From Betaproteobacteria bacterium (GTDB lineage: Bacteria > Pseudomonadota > Gammaproteobacteria > Burkholderiales > SHXO01), in contig JANNFC010000121.1 in assembly GCA_031379405.1 (NCBI GenBank), positions 1-52,454 on the forward strand: a DNA stretch of 52,454 nucleotides, written 5' to 3'. The position numbers and the translations under genes are program-made. Under the pieces are notes generated by a model that had not been told where the DNA came from, searched no databases, and was given only the letters and a program-made list of their open reading frames with translations. Of the stretch, positions 25,206-34,826 are shown one piece after another. How positions within the stretch are numbered: the first letter of the stretch is position 1; the number at the start of each line of letters is the position of its first letter.

Positions 25206-26053
25206 GCGCACTACAGACACTGCAACGCGAATTTCAGGACTTCGTCCTGGATGGCCGAGCTGAGATCGTGCAAAGAGTCGTCGGAACCTCGAGCGTCGAC
25301 CCCGCGCGCCGCTTGGGCGTTTACTACGATGCCTATCGTTTGCGGCTGATAGAAGCGCTGCAAACCGACTACACCTCCCTGAAAATCGTAATGGGCGAGG
25401 ATGACTTCGCCCAATCCATGGGCGCCTTTGTGGAGGCGACGCCATCGGTGCATCGTAATCTGCGTTGGTACGGCCAGTCTTTGCCAGAGTTCTTGCGCAC
25501 GCGCGCGCCCTCTGCGGAGCAGCCATGGTTGTGGGAGCTTGCGCTGTTCGAGTGGACCATCGCGCTCGCTTTCGATGCCGCCGATGAGCCTGTCCTGACC
25601 TTCGACGATCTGGCCGCCATGGACTCAGGAATTTGGCCATACCTGACCTTTAAATTTCATCCTTCGCGGCAACGCTTGTCACTGCGCACCAACGCCGCGA
25701 GTTTGCGCAAGGCGGTGGATGAGGAGGCGCCGATTCCCCCACCGGAACGCCTCGCGCAACCCATTCAGTGGTTGCTCTGGCGTAAGGACCTCACGGTCAT
25801 GTTTCGCTCGCTACTGCCGGAAGAGGCGTGGGCGCTGGACACTGCCCATGCCGGTGGTAACTTTACCGAGTTGTGCGAAGGTCTTTGTCAGTGGGTCGCT
25901 CCGGCGGCGGCGGCGGGCCGCCTTGCCGGGATGTTGCGCACTTGGGTGGATGATCAACTCATTGCGGCGGTGGGGTCTCCCGCGTCCGTAGGGTGCGTTT
26001 TAGGCACCGTGGCCGTGCATGCACACCTTATTGCGTCAGGGCGCGGACCGTAA
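25202..26053 (+). CDS. DUF2063 domain protein (BufC-like MNIO partner), cassette 2
   Basis: LQ.EF..FVL...., YYDAYRLRLIEALQTDY, F..FV...PS..RNLRWYG..LPEFL. ATGA start/stop overlap with the MNIO gene. The last ~25 codons read through a REP-like element and into the 3' end of the convergent gene. Confidence 0.78.
   Translation: MSALQTLQREFQDFVLDGRAEIVQRVVGTSSVDPARRLGVYYDAYRLRLIEALQTDYTSLKIVMGEDDFAQSMGAFVEATPSVHRNLRWYGQSLPEFLRTRAPSAEQPWLWELALFEWTIALAFDAADEPVLTFDDLAAMDSGIWPYLTFKFHPSRQRLSLRTNAASLRKAVDEEAPIPPPERLAQPIQWLLWRKDLTVMFRSLLPEEAWALDTAHAGGNFTELCEGLCQWVAPAAAAGRLAGMLRTWVDDQLIAAVGSPASVGCVLGTVAVHAHLIASGRGP
25988..26012. repeat. degenerate REP-like element copy
   Basis: GTAGGGTGCGTTTTAGGCACCGTGG matches the family seen at 8178-8221 (reverse complement GTAGGGTGCGTTCCACGCACCACGG) and at 11166-11189. 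Confidence 0.45.
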
Positions 26054-26483
26054 TCGCCGTCTTGAACGTCTTTTTCTTCTTGTTCTCCGAGACGATCAGT
26101 TCCAGCGCTATCTCGTCCCCTTCCTTGAGCGGTCCCTTCAACCCCAGCAACATCAAATGGATGCCCATGGGCGCCAGCGTGACCGTCTCGCTGGCCGGTA
26201 GCTCCAGCAACTTAAGCTGGCGCATGCGCATGATGCCCTCCTGCATGCTGGTGCTATGTATTTCGACTGTTTTCGCCACGCTGGTTTTCACCGCCAACAA
26301 CTGCGCTCGTTTAGGACTGGTGATCGTGAGATAGGCCGCGCCCACCGTTTGCCCCGGAACGGTGGCTCGCGCCCATCCGTCCGATATCTCCAAGGCTGCC
26401 GCGTTGGTGGCGCACAACCACAGTCCAAGTATGTAGCCCGACACCTGCGACTTCCCGATCCATCTACTTGTTCTACTTGTCAT
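26028..26483 (-). CDS. copper chaperone PCu(A)C (DUF461 family)
   Basis: Signal peptide, then DGWARAT.PG...GAAYLTI and the H(x)nM...M..HxM copper motif region (EIHSTSMQEGIMRM...APMGIHLML). The likely start is ATG 26483; the ORF track extends to 26570. Confidence 0.8.
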   Translation of the reverse strand: MTSRTSRWIGKSQVSGYILGLWLCATNAAALEISDGWARATVPGQTVGAAYLTITSPKRAQLLAVKTSVAKTVEIHSTSMQEGIMRMRQLKLLELPASETVTLAPMGIHLMLLGLKGPLKEGDEIALELIVSENKKKKTFKTAITVRALTQ

Positions 26484-26539
26484 TGCGTGTCCCGGCCATT
26501 GCGAGCATACGCTCGTATAATTCGTATTTTGCCATCGGC

Positions 26540-27691
26540 ATGCGCCCACACCTAGTTTCTCTGTCTGCATTGCTCTCTTTTGCCTTGCTCGCGCTGACTT
26601 TTTCCGCGCCGGGCTTTGCGAACCCTAATCCCACCCACCCCACCATAGCCGCCAAGGCTTACTACCTGCTCGACCTGCAAACCAATCAGGTACTCGTGGC
26701 CCATCGCGCCGACGAGCGCGTGGAGCCGGCTTCCCTCACCAAGCTCATGACGGCCTATGTGGTATTTGGCGCCCTCAAGCAGAAGCTTGTCACCACGGAG
26801 CAGCGCATCACGCCCTCGGTCAAGGCGTGGAAAACCTCCGGTTCGCGCATGTTTATCGAGCCCAATAGGCCCGTGGCTATCGACGAGCTTCTGCGCGGGA
26901 TGATCATTCAATCGGGCAACGATGCCAGTGTCGCCCTTGCCGAAGCGGTGGCGGGCGACGAGACCGCCTTCGCCGGCATGATGAATCGCGAAGCTCAGCG
27001 CCTCGGGTTGAAGAATTCGCACTTCGTCAACGCCACCGGATTACCGGACGACAAGCACTACAGCTCGGCGGCCGATCTGGTGCGCCTGGCGGCGGCGGTC
27101 ATTCGCGATTTTCCGGAGCACTATCCGCTCTACGCGATGCGCGACTACACCTATAACGACATCACTCAGCCCAATCGCAACCTGCTGCTCGGCAAGGATC
27201 CCTACGTGGATGGCGTGAAGACCGGATTCACCGAGAATGCCGGCTATTGTCTCATCGCGTCGGCGAAGCGGGAGACACGGCGTCTGGTCGCCGTCGTGTT
27301 GGGTGCCGCCTCGGAAAATTCGCGCGCCATCGAAGCGCAGAAACTGCTCAACCACGGCTTCCAATTCTTCGAGAATGTCCGCTTGTACGAGAAGGACGCG
27401 CCACTATCGAAGCTGGAAGTGTGGAAAGGCAGCGAGCGCGAAGTGCCCATCGGCTTTCACCAGGACTACATCGTCACCATACCGCGTGGACAGAAGGATC
27501 AACTCAAGGCGAAGATGGAGAGTGTCCAGCCATTGCTCGCGCCCATCAGCACGGGGCAAGTCGTGGGTACCCTGAGACTCACGTTTGCTGGTAAATCCTA
27601 TGGCGAGCGCTCCGTCGTATCGCTGGCCAACGTTGGAATCGCCAATTTCTTCGCGCGCACCTGGGACGGTATTCGTCTGCGGTTCAAGTAG
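26540..27691 (+). CDS. D-alanyl-D-alanine carboxypeptidase (serine-type, PBP5/6 family)
   Basis: Signal peptide. SxxK (ASLTKLMT), SGN (QSGNDAS) and KTG (VKTGFT) active-site motifs. PBP5 C-terminal domain. Confidence 0.9.
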   Translation: MRPHLVSLSALLSFALLALTFSAPGFANPNPTHPTIAAKAYYLLDLQTNQVLVAHRADERVEPASLTKLMTAYVVFGALKQKLVTTEQRITPSVKAWKTSGSRMFIEPNRPVAIDELLRGMIIQSGNDASVALAEAVAGDETAFAGMMNREAQRLGLKNSHFVNATGLPDDKHYSSAADLVRLAAAVIRDFPEHYPLYAMRDYTYNDITQPNRNLLLGKDPYVDGVKTGFTENAGYCLIASAKRETRRLVAVVLGAASENSRAIEAQKLLNHGFQFFENVRLYEKDAPLSKLEVWKGSEREVPIGFHQDYIVTIPRGQKDQLKAKMESVQPLLAPISTGQVVGTLRLTFAGKSYGERSVVSLANVGIANFFARTWDGIRLRFK

Positions 27692-27730
27692 CCTTGAGCC
27701 TTTCCGATAAGCCAAGCAACCGAGCCATTT

Positions 27731-28612
27731 ATGCTTCCAGTTAGCATTGCCCCCCCCGAGGCCATCGCCTACCTCAATGGCGAATTCATCGCACTCAAAC
27801 ACGCGAGGGTGAGCGTTCTCGACCGAGGTTTCATCTTCGGCGACGGCATCTACGAAGTCATCCCGGTCTACGATGGCGAACCATTTCGTCTGGCTGCTCA
27901 CCTGCAACGATTGCAAGCATGTCTGGATAGCGTGCGCATGACCAACCCGCACACTGATGCCCAGTGGGAAGAGTTAATTCGTCAAGTGGTCGCACGCAAC
28001 CCGCACGTCGATCAAGCGCTTTATCTGCAAGTGACGCGTGGACTCGCGCCGCGCGATCACGCTTTCCCCGCGGGCGTCGCGCCCACGGTATTCCTGATGA
28101 GCAACAAACTGAGTTCGCCTACGGCGGAAGCCATCTCCAACGGCGTGAGCGCCATGACCTTCCCGGACAATCGCTGGTTGCGATGCGATATCAAGTCCAC
28201 CTCCTTGTTACCTAATATCTTGCTACGGCAGGCTGCCGTGGACGCGGGCTGCGCGGAAGCGGTAATGGTGCGCGACGGATTTTTGACCGAAGGCGCGGCG
28301 AGCAATATCTTTGTCGTCAAGAACGGCGTGTTGCTGGCGCCGCCGAAAAGCCACCTGATACTTCCGGGCATTACCTACGACGTCGTGTTAGATCTCGCGC
28401 ACAAAGGGCGCATTCCGGTGGACGTGCGCCCCATATCCGAAGCCGAGTTAAAAAGCGCCGACGAAGTATGGCTAACTTCGTCCACGCGCGAAGCGCTGGC
28501 CATCACCACCTTGGATGGGAAACCCGTCGGCAGCGGCAAACCCGGCGAGCGCTTCAGACAGTTGCATACCCTGTTTCAGGAGAGCAAGCGAGCCCCGCGA
28601 GCGCATCGCTGA
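27731..28612 (+). CDS. D-amino acid aminotransferase (fold-type IV PLP enzyme)
   Basis: RGFIFGDGIYEV, CDIKSTSLLPN, EG.ASN.F.VK.G.L.AP....LPGITY. Conserved position between the dac gene and ybeD-lipB-lipA. Confidence 0.8.
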   Translation: MLPVSIAPPEAIAYLNGEFIALKHARVSVLDRGFIFGDGIYEVIPVYDGEPFRLAAHLQRLQACLDSVRMTNPHTDAQWEELIRQVVARNPHVDQALYLQVTRGLAPRDHAFPAGVAPTVFLMSNKLSSPTAEAISNGVSAMTFPDNRWLRCDIKSTSLLPNILLRQAAVDAGCAEAVMVRDGFLTEGAASNIFVVKNGVLLAPPKSHLILPGITYDVVLDLAHKGRIPVDVRPISEAELKSADEVWLTSSTREALAITTLDGKPVGSGKPGERFRQLHTLFQESKRAPRAHR

Positions 28613-28622
28613 TCGCTCACCC

Positions 28623-28886
28623 ATGGCGGACGAAACCCTCCTCGACTTTCCCTGCGATTTCCCCATCAAAGTGATGGGGCGCATGGAGCCCGGCTTCGCG
28701 CAGGATGTGGTCACCATCGTGAAGAGATTCGCACCCGATTTCGATGAATCAACCATTGCCATGCGTCCCAGCCGCAAGAAAAGCTACATCAGCCTGACCT
28801 GTATTATCAAAGCCACGTCGCGCACGCAACTTGACGATCTCTATCGCGAGCTTTGCGATCATCCGCAAGTGGTGATGGTGCTGTGA
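28623..28886 (+). CDS. ybeD: YbeD family protein (DUF493)
   Basis: FPCDFPIKVMG...S.KG.Y.S....I.A.S..QLD..Y.EL pattern; 87 aa. Lies directly upstream of lipB. Confidence 0.85.
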   Translation: MADETLLDFPCDFPIKVMGRMEPGFAQDVVTIVKRFAPDFDESTIAMRPSRKKSYISLTCIIKATSRTQLDDLYRELCDHPQVVMVL

Positions 28887-29551
28887 TGATGCGTAGCGGA
28901 GCGCGGGTGGCACCACGGCGAGCGCCGCCAGCGGCGCAAGCGGTGATTCGAGATCTTGGCTTGGCTGAGTACGAACCGACATGGCGCGCGATGCAGGCGT
29001 TTACCGCAAACCGCGACGAGTACACCGCCAACGAGTTGTGGCTGCTTGAACACTTGCCCATCTATACCTATGGCGTGGCGGGACGCGAAGCGCACTTGCC
29101 GAGAATCGCCAGCGATATTCCCGTACTGAAAGTGGATCGGGGCGGGCAGGTGACCTATCATGGACCCGGGCAGTTGGTGGTGTATGTACTGTGGAATCTT
29201 GCTCGCGACGGATTGTCGGTGCGGCAAACGGTGCGAAAATTGGAGAACTCGGTGATCGGATTGTTGCGCGACTACGGCGTGCTCGCCAGTGGCCGCGAAG
29301 ATGCACCGGGTGTTTACGTGAAGGCTGCGAAAGTGGCTTCGCTGGCCCTCAGGATACGCAAAGGCTGTAGCTATCATGGGCTGGCCCTCAACGTGGATAT
29401 GGACCTTACGCCGTTCGCTCACATCGATCCGTGTGGGTATCCCTCGCTGCCTGTCACGCAACTGCGCGATCTTGGCATCGCAGATAGCAAAACGGACATT
29501 GGCGAACAACTGCTGCACCACGTGCAAGTTCAACTTGGAGTGGCTTCATGA
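28886..29551 (+). CDS. lipB: lipoyl(octanoyl) transferase
   Basis: LGL.EY...[29 protein letters not shown] and KV.S.G.R...G.S.HGLALNV. The start overlaps the ybeD stop (TGATG). Confidence 0.9.
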   Translation: MMRSGARVAPRRAPPAAQAVIRDLGLAEYEPTWRAMQAFTANRDEYTANELWLLEHLPIYTYGVAGREAHLPRIASDIPVLKVDRGGQVTYHGPGQLVVYVLWNLARDGLSVRQTVRKLENSVIGLLRDYGVLASGREDAPGVYVKAAKVASLALRIRKGCSYHGLALNVDMDLTPFAHIDPCGYPSLPVTQLRDLGIADSKTDIGEQLLHHVQVQLGVAS

Positions 29552-30489
29552 GTCAATCAGATCACGCACGGCAAACCGGCAGCGACAAGACCGCTCGCAA
29601 CCCAATCAAGATCATTCCCATCGCAGCGCTCAAGAAACCGGACTGGATTCGAGTCAGGCTGGGCAACAGCGAAAATTTTCACGCCGTCAAGAAAGCGCTG
29701 CGCGAGAACAAGCTTCACACCGTATGCGAAGAAGCATCATGCCCCAACATCGGCGAATGCTTCGGCAAGGGCACTGCCACTTTCATGATTCTGGGTGACC
29801 TTTGCACCCGTCGCTGCCCGTTCTGCGATGTGGCCCACGGCCGTCCGAAACCGCCGGATGTCGACGAGCCCAACAACCTCGCTCGTACCATCGCCGCCAT
29901 GAAATTGAAGTATGTGGTCATCACCAGCGTGGATCGCGATGACTTGCGCGATGGTGGCGCGCAGCATTTCGTGGATTGCATCCGTGCCGTGCGCGAGCGA
30001 TCGCCCAATACCCGCATCGAAATTCTCACTCCGGATTTCCGCGGGCGTTTGGACAAGGCCCTCGACCTACTCGGACAAGGGCTGCCCGATGTCATGAATC
30101 ACAATCTGGAAACCGTTCCGCGCCTCTACAAACAAGCGCGTCCGGGGGCGGACTACACACACTCCTTGAAGTTGCTGCACGAGGTCAAAGCGCGTCATCC
30201 GGATGTGACCACCAAATCCGGCCTCATGGTGGGATTGGGCGAGACCGACGAAGAGATCCTGCAAGTCATGCGCGATTTGCGCGCACACCAAGTAGACATG
30301 CTGACAGTTGGTCAATACTTGCAACCCACAGGTGGCCACCTGCCAGTGTTGCGTTACGTCGAACCCGCGATGTTCAAGCAGTACGAGCGCGAAGCCAATG
30401 CGATGGGATTTGTACACGCCGCCTGCGGGCCGTTGGTACGCTCCAGCTATCACGCTGATGCACAGGCCCATGCTGCGGGCGTGAATTAG
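29548..30489 (+). CDS. lipA: lipoyl synthase
   Basis: [12 protein letters not shown] and the radical-SAM motif CTRRCPFC; SVDRDDL. 313 aa. Confidence 0.95.
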   Translation: MSQSDHARQTGSDKTARNPIKIIPIAALKKPDWIRVRLGNSENFHAVKKALRENKLHTVCEEASCPNIGECFGKGTATFMILGDLCTRRCPFCDVAHGRPKPPDVDEPNNLARTIAAMKLKYVVITSVDRDDLRDGGAQHFVDCIRAVRERSPNTRIEILTPDFRGRLDKALDLLGQGLPDVMNHNLETVPRLYKQARPGADYTHSLKLLHEVKARHPDVTTKSGLMVGLGETDEEILQVMRDLRAHQVDMLTVGQYLQPTGGHLPVLRYVEPAMFKQYEREANAMGFVHAACGPLVRSSYHADAQAHAAGVN

Positions 30490-30496
30490 CCCTCCA

Positions 30497-31681
30497 ATGC
30501 CACAACAATTTTTCGCCCCATGTCCTACTGGACTGGAATCGGTACTGGCGCAAGAACTCATCAGCATCGGCGCGCATCAGGTCGTTGCAACGCGAGGTGG
30601 CGCCAGCTTCGAGGGTGGCTGGGCCCTGTGCTACCGAGTCAATTTGTGGAGCCGCATCGCTAGCCGGGTACTGTGGAGGATCGCGAGTCATCCCTACCAG
30701 GATGAGGAGGAGATTTACCGGCGTTGTTTCGCGGTGCAATGGGACAAGCACTTTCATGTGGGCCGGACCATTCGGGTAAACGTGTCGGCGATTGGTTCAC
30801 CGCTGCGCAGTCTGGATTTCATCACGTTGCGCATCAAGGATGCGGTGTGCGACCGCTTCCGCAAGGATACGGGCGAGCGTCCGAGCGTTTCCACCACCTA
30901 TCCGGATATTCGCATTCACGCTTTCTTCGAGCAATCGACGTTCTCTTTGTATCTCGACACCTCAGGCGAGGCGCTGTTCAAGCGCGGCTACCGGCTGGAA
31001 AACACCGAGGCACCGTTGCGAGAGAATTTGGCGGCGGGAATGCTGGCGTTAGCCAACTGGACACCGGATCAAGTGTTGTTGGATCCCATGTGCGGCAGCG
31101 GAACGATTCTGCTGGAAGCCGCCCTCATTGCGCGCGGCATTGCGCCTGGCGCCCACCGCGAGTTCGCGTTCGACAAACTTATTTCTTACGACGCCGATCT
31201 CTGGAAAAAAATTCGATCAAAGACCCAAGTAGCGACGTCGACGAGTGATCCGGTGCGCATCTTTGGTAGCGACCGCGATAGCCGCCAAGTCAAATTAGCG
31301 CAGAAGACTTTCTATTCCATGGGATTGGAGAATGCGGTCCAGATCGAACAGTGTGATGTACTGGACCGCACGCGGCCCACCGATTCGGGTGTCATCCTCA
31401 CCAATCCGCCCTATGGCGTACGCCTGGAAAGTGCCGAAGCCCTGGATAATTTCTATCCGAAGCTGGGCAGCGCGCTCAAACACAACTTTCCCGGCTGGAC
31501 TGCCTATGTGTTTACCGGAGATCCGGAACTTACCAAGCGCATGGGGTTGAAACCAGCGCGCCGCATTCCGCTGTTCAACGGGTCATTGGAATGCAGGTTG
31601 TATGAGATTCGGTTGGTGGCGGGGACAATGCGGCGCAATGCCGCCATCCACCCCAATCCCGATCAGACAATATCCAAATGA
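30497..31681 (+). CDS. THUMP domain-containing class I SAM-dependent RNA methyltransferase (RlmL N-terminal-like)
   Basis: FFA.CP.GLE..L..EL N-terminus, THUMP region, DPMCGSGT SAM motif and the NPPYG catalytic motif. Confidence 0.85.
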   Translation: MPQQFFAPCPTGLESVLAQELISIGAHQVVATRGGASFEGGWALCYRVNLWSRIASRVLWRIASHPYQDEEEIYRRCFAVQWDKHFHVGRTIRVNVSAIGSPLRSLDFITLRIKDAVCDRFRKDTGERPSVSTTYPDIRIHAFFEQSTFSLYLDTSGEALFKRGYRLENTEAPLRENLAAGMLALANWTPDQVLLDPMCGSGTILLEAALIARGIAPGAHREFAFDKLISYDADLWKKIRSKTQVATSTSDPVRIFGSDRDSRQVKLAQKTFYSMGLENAVQIEQCDVLDRTRPTDSGVILTNPPYGVRLESAEALDNFYPKLGSALKHNFPGWTAYVFTGDPELTKRMGLKPARRIPLFNGSLECRLYEIRLVAGTMRRNAAIHPNPDQTISK

Positions 31682-32799
31682 TCCAACCCTTCCATCAAAT
31701 CGCGCTCCTTGGATTCCTTGCCGCGCAGTTTAATGGCCAGGCGTAGTTCGTTCATGGAGTCGGCGTTGCGCATGGCGTCTTCGTAGCTGATCGAGTCGGC
31801 TTCGTAGAGATCGAACAGGGCCTGATCGAAGGTCTGCATTCCCAACTCGCGAGACTTGCCCACGATGGCCTTGAGTTCGTGCACCTCGCCCTTGAAGATC
31901 AGGTCGGAAACCAAAGGCGAGTTCAGCATAACCTCGAACGCCGGGACCCGTCCCGGAACGTTGCGTTTGGGTAGCAAGCGTTGAGAGATCATCGCTTTCA
32001 GGTTGAGGGACAGATCCATCAGCAACTGAGCGCGGCGTTCTTCGGGAAAGAAGTTGATGATGCGGTCGAGTGCCTGGTTGGCGCTGTTGGCGTGCAAAGT
32101 TGCCAGACAAAGATGGCCGGTTTCGGCGAAGGTGATGGCATGATTCATGGTGTTTTGATCGCGGATCTCACCGATCAGAATGACGTCCGGCGCCTGGCGC
32201 AAAGTATTCTTTAGCGCATTCTCCCAGGACTCAGAGTCGACTCCGACTTCGCGCTGGGTGATCAGGCAATTCTTGTGTTCGTGTACGAATTCGACGGGGT
32301 CTTCGATGGTGATGATGTGCCCGTGACTATTCTCGTTGCGATAACCCACCATCGCGGCCAGGGTAGACGATTTACCGGAACCGGTGGCGCCCACCACCAG
32401 TACCAAGCCGCGCTTGGTCATGGATACGTCCTTGAGCACTTCCGGAATATTGAGCTCGTGGAAGCTGGGAATGCGCACGTTGATCACCCGCAGCACCAGC
32501 CCTACGTGGCCCTGCTGAACGAAGGCGTTCACCCGGAATCGCCCCAGCCCGGGTGGATTGACCGCAAAGTTGGATTCCTTGGAGGCCTCGAATTCCTGCG
32601 CTTGCCGGTCGTTCATCATCGAGCGTGCGATCTCGAGGGTGTGCGTCGATGTCAATGTCTGATTCGATACCGGCGTCATGCGGCCGTCGATTTTCATCGC
32701 CGGCGGAAATCCCGCAGTGATGAAAAGGTCGGAAGCCTTCTTGACAACCATCACGCGCAGCAGTTCGTGCACGAATTTGATGGACTGATCGCGTTCCAT
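31663..32799 (-). CDS. pilU: type IV pilus retraction ATPase PilU (PilT/PilU family)
   Basis: Walker A GATGSGKS, IITIEDPVEF, Walker B ILIGEIRD, and the His box ETGHL..ATLHA. It is the second of two tandem PilT-family genes. Confidence 0.85.
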   Translation of the reverse strand: MERDQSIKFVHELLRVMVVKKASDLFITAGFPPAMKIDGRMTPVSNQTLTSTHTLEIARSMMNDRQAQEFEASKESNFAVNPPGLGRFRVNAFVQQGHVGLVLRVINVRIPSFHELNIPEVLKDVSMTKRGLVLVVGATGSGKSSTLAAMVGYRNENSHGHIITIEDPVEFVHEHKNCLITQREVGVDSESWENALKNTLRQAPDVILIGEIRDQNTMNHAITFAETGHLCLATLHANSANQALDRIINFFPEERRAQLLMDLSLNLKAMISQRLLPKRNVPGRVPAFEVMLNSPLVSDLIFKGEVHELKAIVGKSRELGMQTFDQALFDLYEADSISYEDAMRNADSMNELRLAIKLRGKESKERDLMEGLDHLDIV

Positions 32800-32813
32800 G
32801 AACTGGACTCCCG

Positions 32814-32831
32814 TTAGGTAGATTAGGTAGA
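32814..32831. repeat. 9-bp tandem duplication (TTAGGTAGA x2, plus a partial third copy)
   Basis: Read directly in the pilT-pilU spacer. Confidence 0.85.
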
Positions 32832-32832
32832 T

Positions 32833-33876
32833 TTAGCCTGGGAAGGCATCCTTGTTGGCGGCTTTGGTCCTCGCCTCGGCTGGCGAAACGACATTCTTCC
32901 GCACCAGGTCTTGCAGATTCTGATCGAGCGTTTGCATGCCGTACTGCTGGCCGGTTTGGATAGTGGAATACATCTGCGCCACTTTGGCTTCGCGAATCAG
33001 GTTTCGGATAGCCGGCGTGCCGATCATGATTTCGTGCGCCGCCACGCGGCCCGATCCATCCTTGGTCTTAAGGAGGGACTGCGATATCACTGCGCGCAAG
33101 CTCTCCGAGAGCATCGCGCGCACCATTTCCTTTTCCGCCGCCGGGAACACGTCGATAATACGGTCGATGGTCTTGGCGGCGGAGCTGGTGTGCAGCGTAC
33201 CGAAAACCAAGTGGCCGGTTTCCGCCGCAGTCAGTGCCAGTCGAATGGTTTCCAGATCGCGCAATTCGCCCACCAAAATGATGTCGGGGTCCTCACGCAG
33301 CGCGGAGCGCAGTGCATTGGAAAAACTCAGAGTGTGCGGTCCGACCTCGCGTTGATTGATCAGGCACTTCTTGCTCTCGTGCACGAATTCGATCGGGTCC
33401 TCTACGGTCAGGATATGTCCGTATTCCTCTTCGTTGATGTGGTTGACCATGGCCGCCAAGGTGGTGGACTTGCCCGAACCTGTAGGGCCCGTCACCAACA
33501 CGATACCGCGCGGTTGGTTGGAAATTTCCTTGAACACGGCGGGAGCCTTCAAATCCTCCAGCGACAGTACCTTGGATGGAATGGTCCGCATTACCGCGCC
33601 GGCGCCGCGATTCTGCACAAAGGCGTTCACCCGAAAGCGTGCAAGGTTTGGAATTGCGAAGGAAAAGTCGCACTCCAGATTCTCCTCGTAGTGTTTGCGC
33701 TGGGAGTCGTTCATGATGTCGTACACCATGGCGTGCACGTCTTTGTGCTCCATGGGCGGCAGGTTGATTCGGCGAACGTCGCCATTAACCCGGATCATGG
33801 GAGGTAGTCCCGAGGACAGGTGCAAGTCCGAGGCTTTGTTTTTGACGGCAAAAGCAAGGAGTTCAGCGATATCCAT
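32833..33876 (-). CDS. pilT: type IV pilus twitching motility ATPase PilT
   Basis: ASDLHLS.G.PP..R..G, GPTGSGKSTT, ILTVEDPIEF, ILVGELRD, ETGHLVFGTLHT and the AIRNLIRE motif; 347 aa. Confidence 0.93.
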   Translation of the reverse strand: MDIAELLAFAVKNKASDLHLSSGLPPMIRVNGDVRRINLPPMEHKDVHAMVYDIMNDSQRKHYEENLECDFSFAIPNLARFRVNAFVQNRGAGAVMRTIPSKVLSLEDLKAPAVFKEISNQPRGIVLVTGPTGSGKSTTLAAMVNHINEEEYGHILTVEDPIEFVHESKKCLINQREVGPHTLSFSNALRSALREDPDIILVGELRDLETIRLALTAAETGHLVFGTLHTSSAAKTIDRIIDVFPAAEKEMVRAMLSESLRAVISQSLLKTKDGSGRVAAHEIMIGTPAIRNLIREAKVAQMYSTIQTGQQYGMQTLDQNLQDLVRKNVVSPAEARTKAANKDAFPG

Positions 33877-34022
33877 GGCTATAATCGGTGAGCATTAATG
33901 ACACCTCCAGGCATTGGAGGACTCCACCTCGGGCATCCGGCCACGTATTTGGCCATGCAAACGGTTCGGGCAACTTCCCGGTACGAATGATGGCGATAGG
34001 CAATTGGTATGCCCATGGCGGA

Positions 34023-34739
34023 ATGAACTCTTTGGCGGACTACGAACGCTATATCGGCAGAAATCTGAAAGCAGTATATGCCCGCATCATCCAGGCCGCT
34101 GCCCAAGCCCAAAGGGACCCAGAGTCGATCGGACTGGTCGCGGTCAGCAAAACCTTCCCAGTGCACCATATCCAGGCCGCTTATCGCGCAGGCCAGCGCA
34201 TCTTTGGGGAAAGTTACGTCCAGGAGGCCGCACAAAAAATCGCTGCGCTGGGCAAGGAACCCCTGGATGAACCCATCGAGTGGCACTTTATCGGTCCGAT
34301 TCAAAGCAATAAGTCGCGTGGCGTGGCCGAGCATTTCGATTGGATTCATAGCGTAGATCGCCTGAAGATTGCCCACCGGTTGTCCGAGCAGCGCCCCTCA
34401 GGGAGGCCGCCTGTGCAGATCTGCCTTCAGGTCAATGTGAGTGCGGAAGCGTCGAAGTCCGGGGCGGCGCCGGCGGACGTGCTGGCTTTGGCCAAGGCGG
34501 TCGCCGTACTTCCCAACCTTTGTCTGCGCGGGCTGATGTGCGTACCGCAAGCGACTCAGGATGTGGCTGCGCAGCGCATCCAGTTCGCCTGCCTGCGCCG
34601 ACTCAGGGATGAGATCATTGCCAACGGTATTCACCTCGATACCTTGTCCATGGGTATGACGGATGATTTGGAGGCCGCCGTCCTGGAAGGCGCCACCTTG
34701 GTGCGCGTGGGGCGGGCGATCTTCGGGGACAGGACATAG
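34023..34739 (+). CDS. yggS: YggS family pyridoxal phosphate homeostasis protein
   Basis: LVAVSKT (PLP lysine), FGE.YVQE, WHFIGP.QSNK, SMGM..D. Divergent from pilT, as in many proteobacteria. The ORF track opens further upstream at 33888. Confidence 0.88.
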   Translation: MNSLADYERYIGRNLKAVYARIIQAAAQAQRDPESIGLVAVSKTFPVHHIQAAYRAGQRIFGESYVQEAAQKIAALGKEPLDEPIEWHFIGPIQSNKSRGVAEHFDWIHSVDRLKIAHRLSEQRPSGRPPVQICLQVNVSAEASKSGAAPADVLALAKAVAVLPNLCLRGLMCVPQATQDVAAQRIQFACLRRLRDEIIANGIHLDTLSMGMTDDLEAAVLEGATLVRVGRAIFGDRT

Positions 34740-34826
34740 TCTTCTTCCAAGTCTATATACTCCCACCCCGGCCGCATCAGAACAGCGGTGGAATCGATTC
34801 GATAATCAAATCAGGAGACCGGAATC

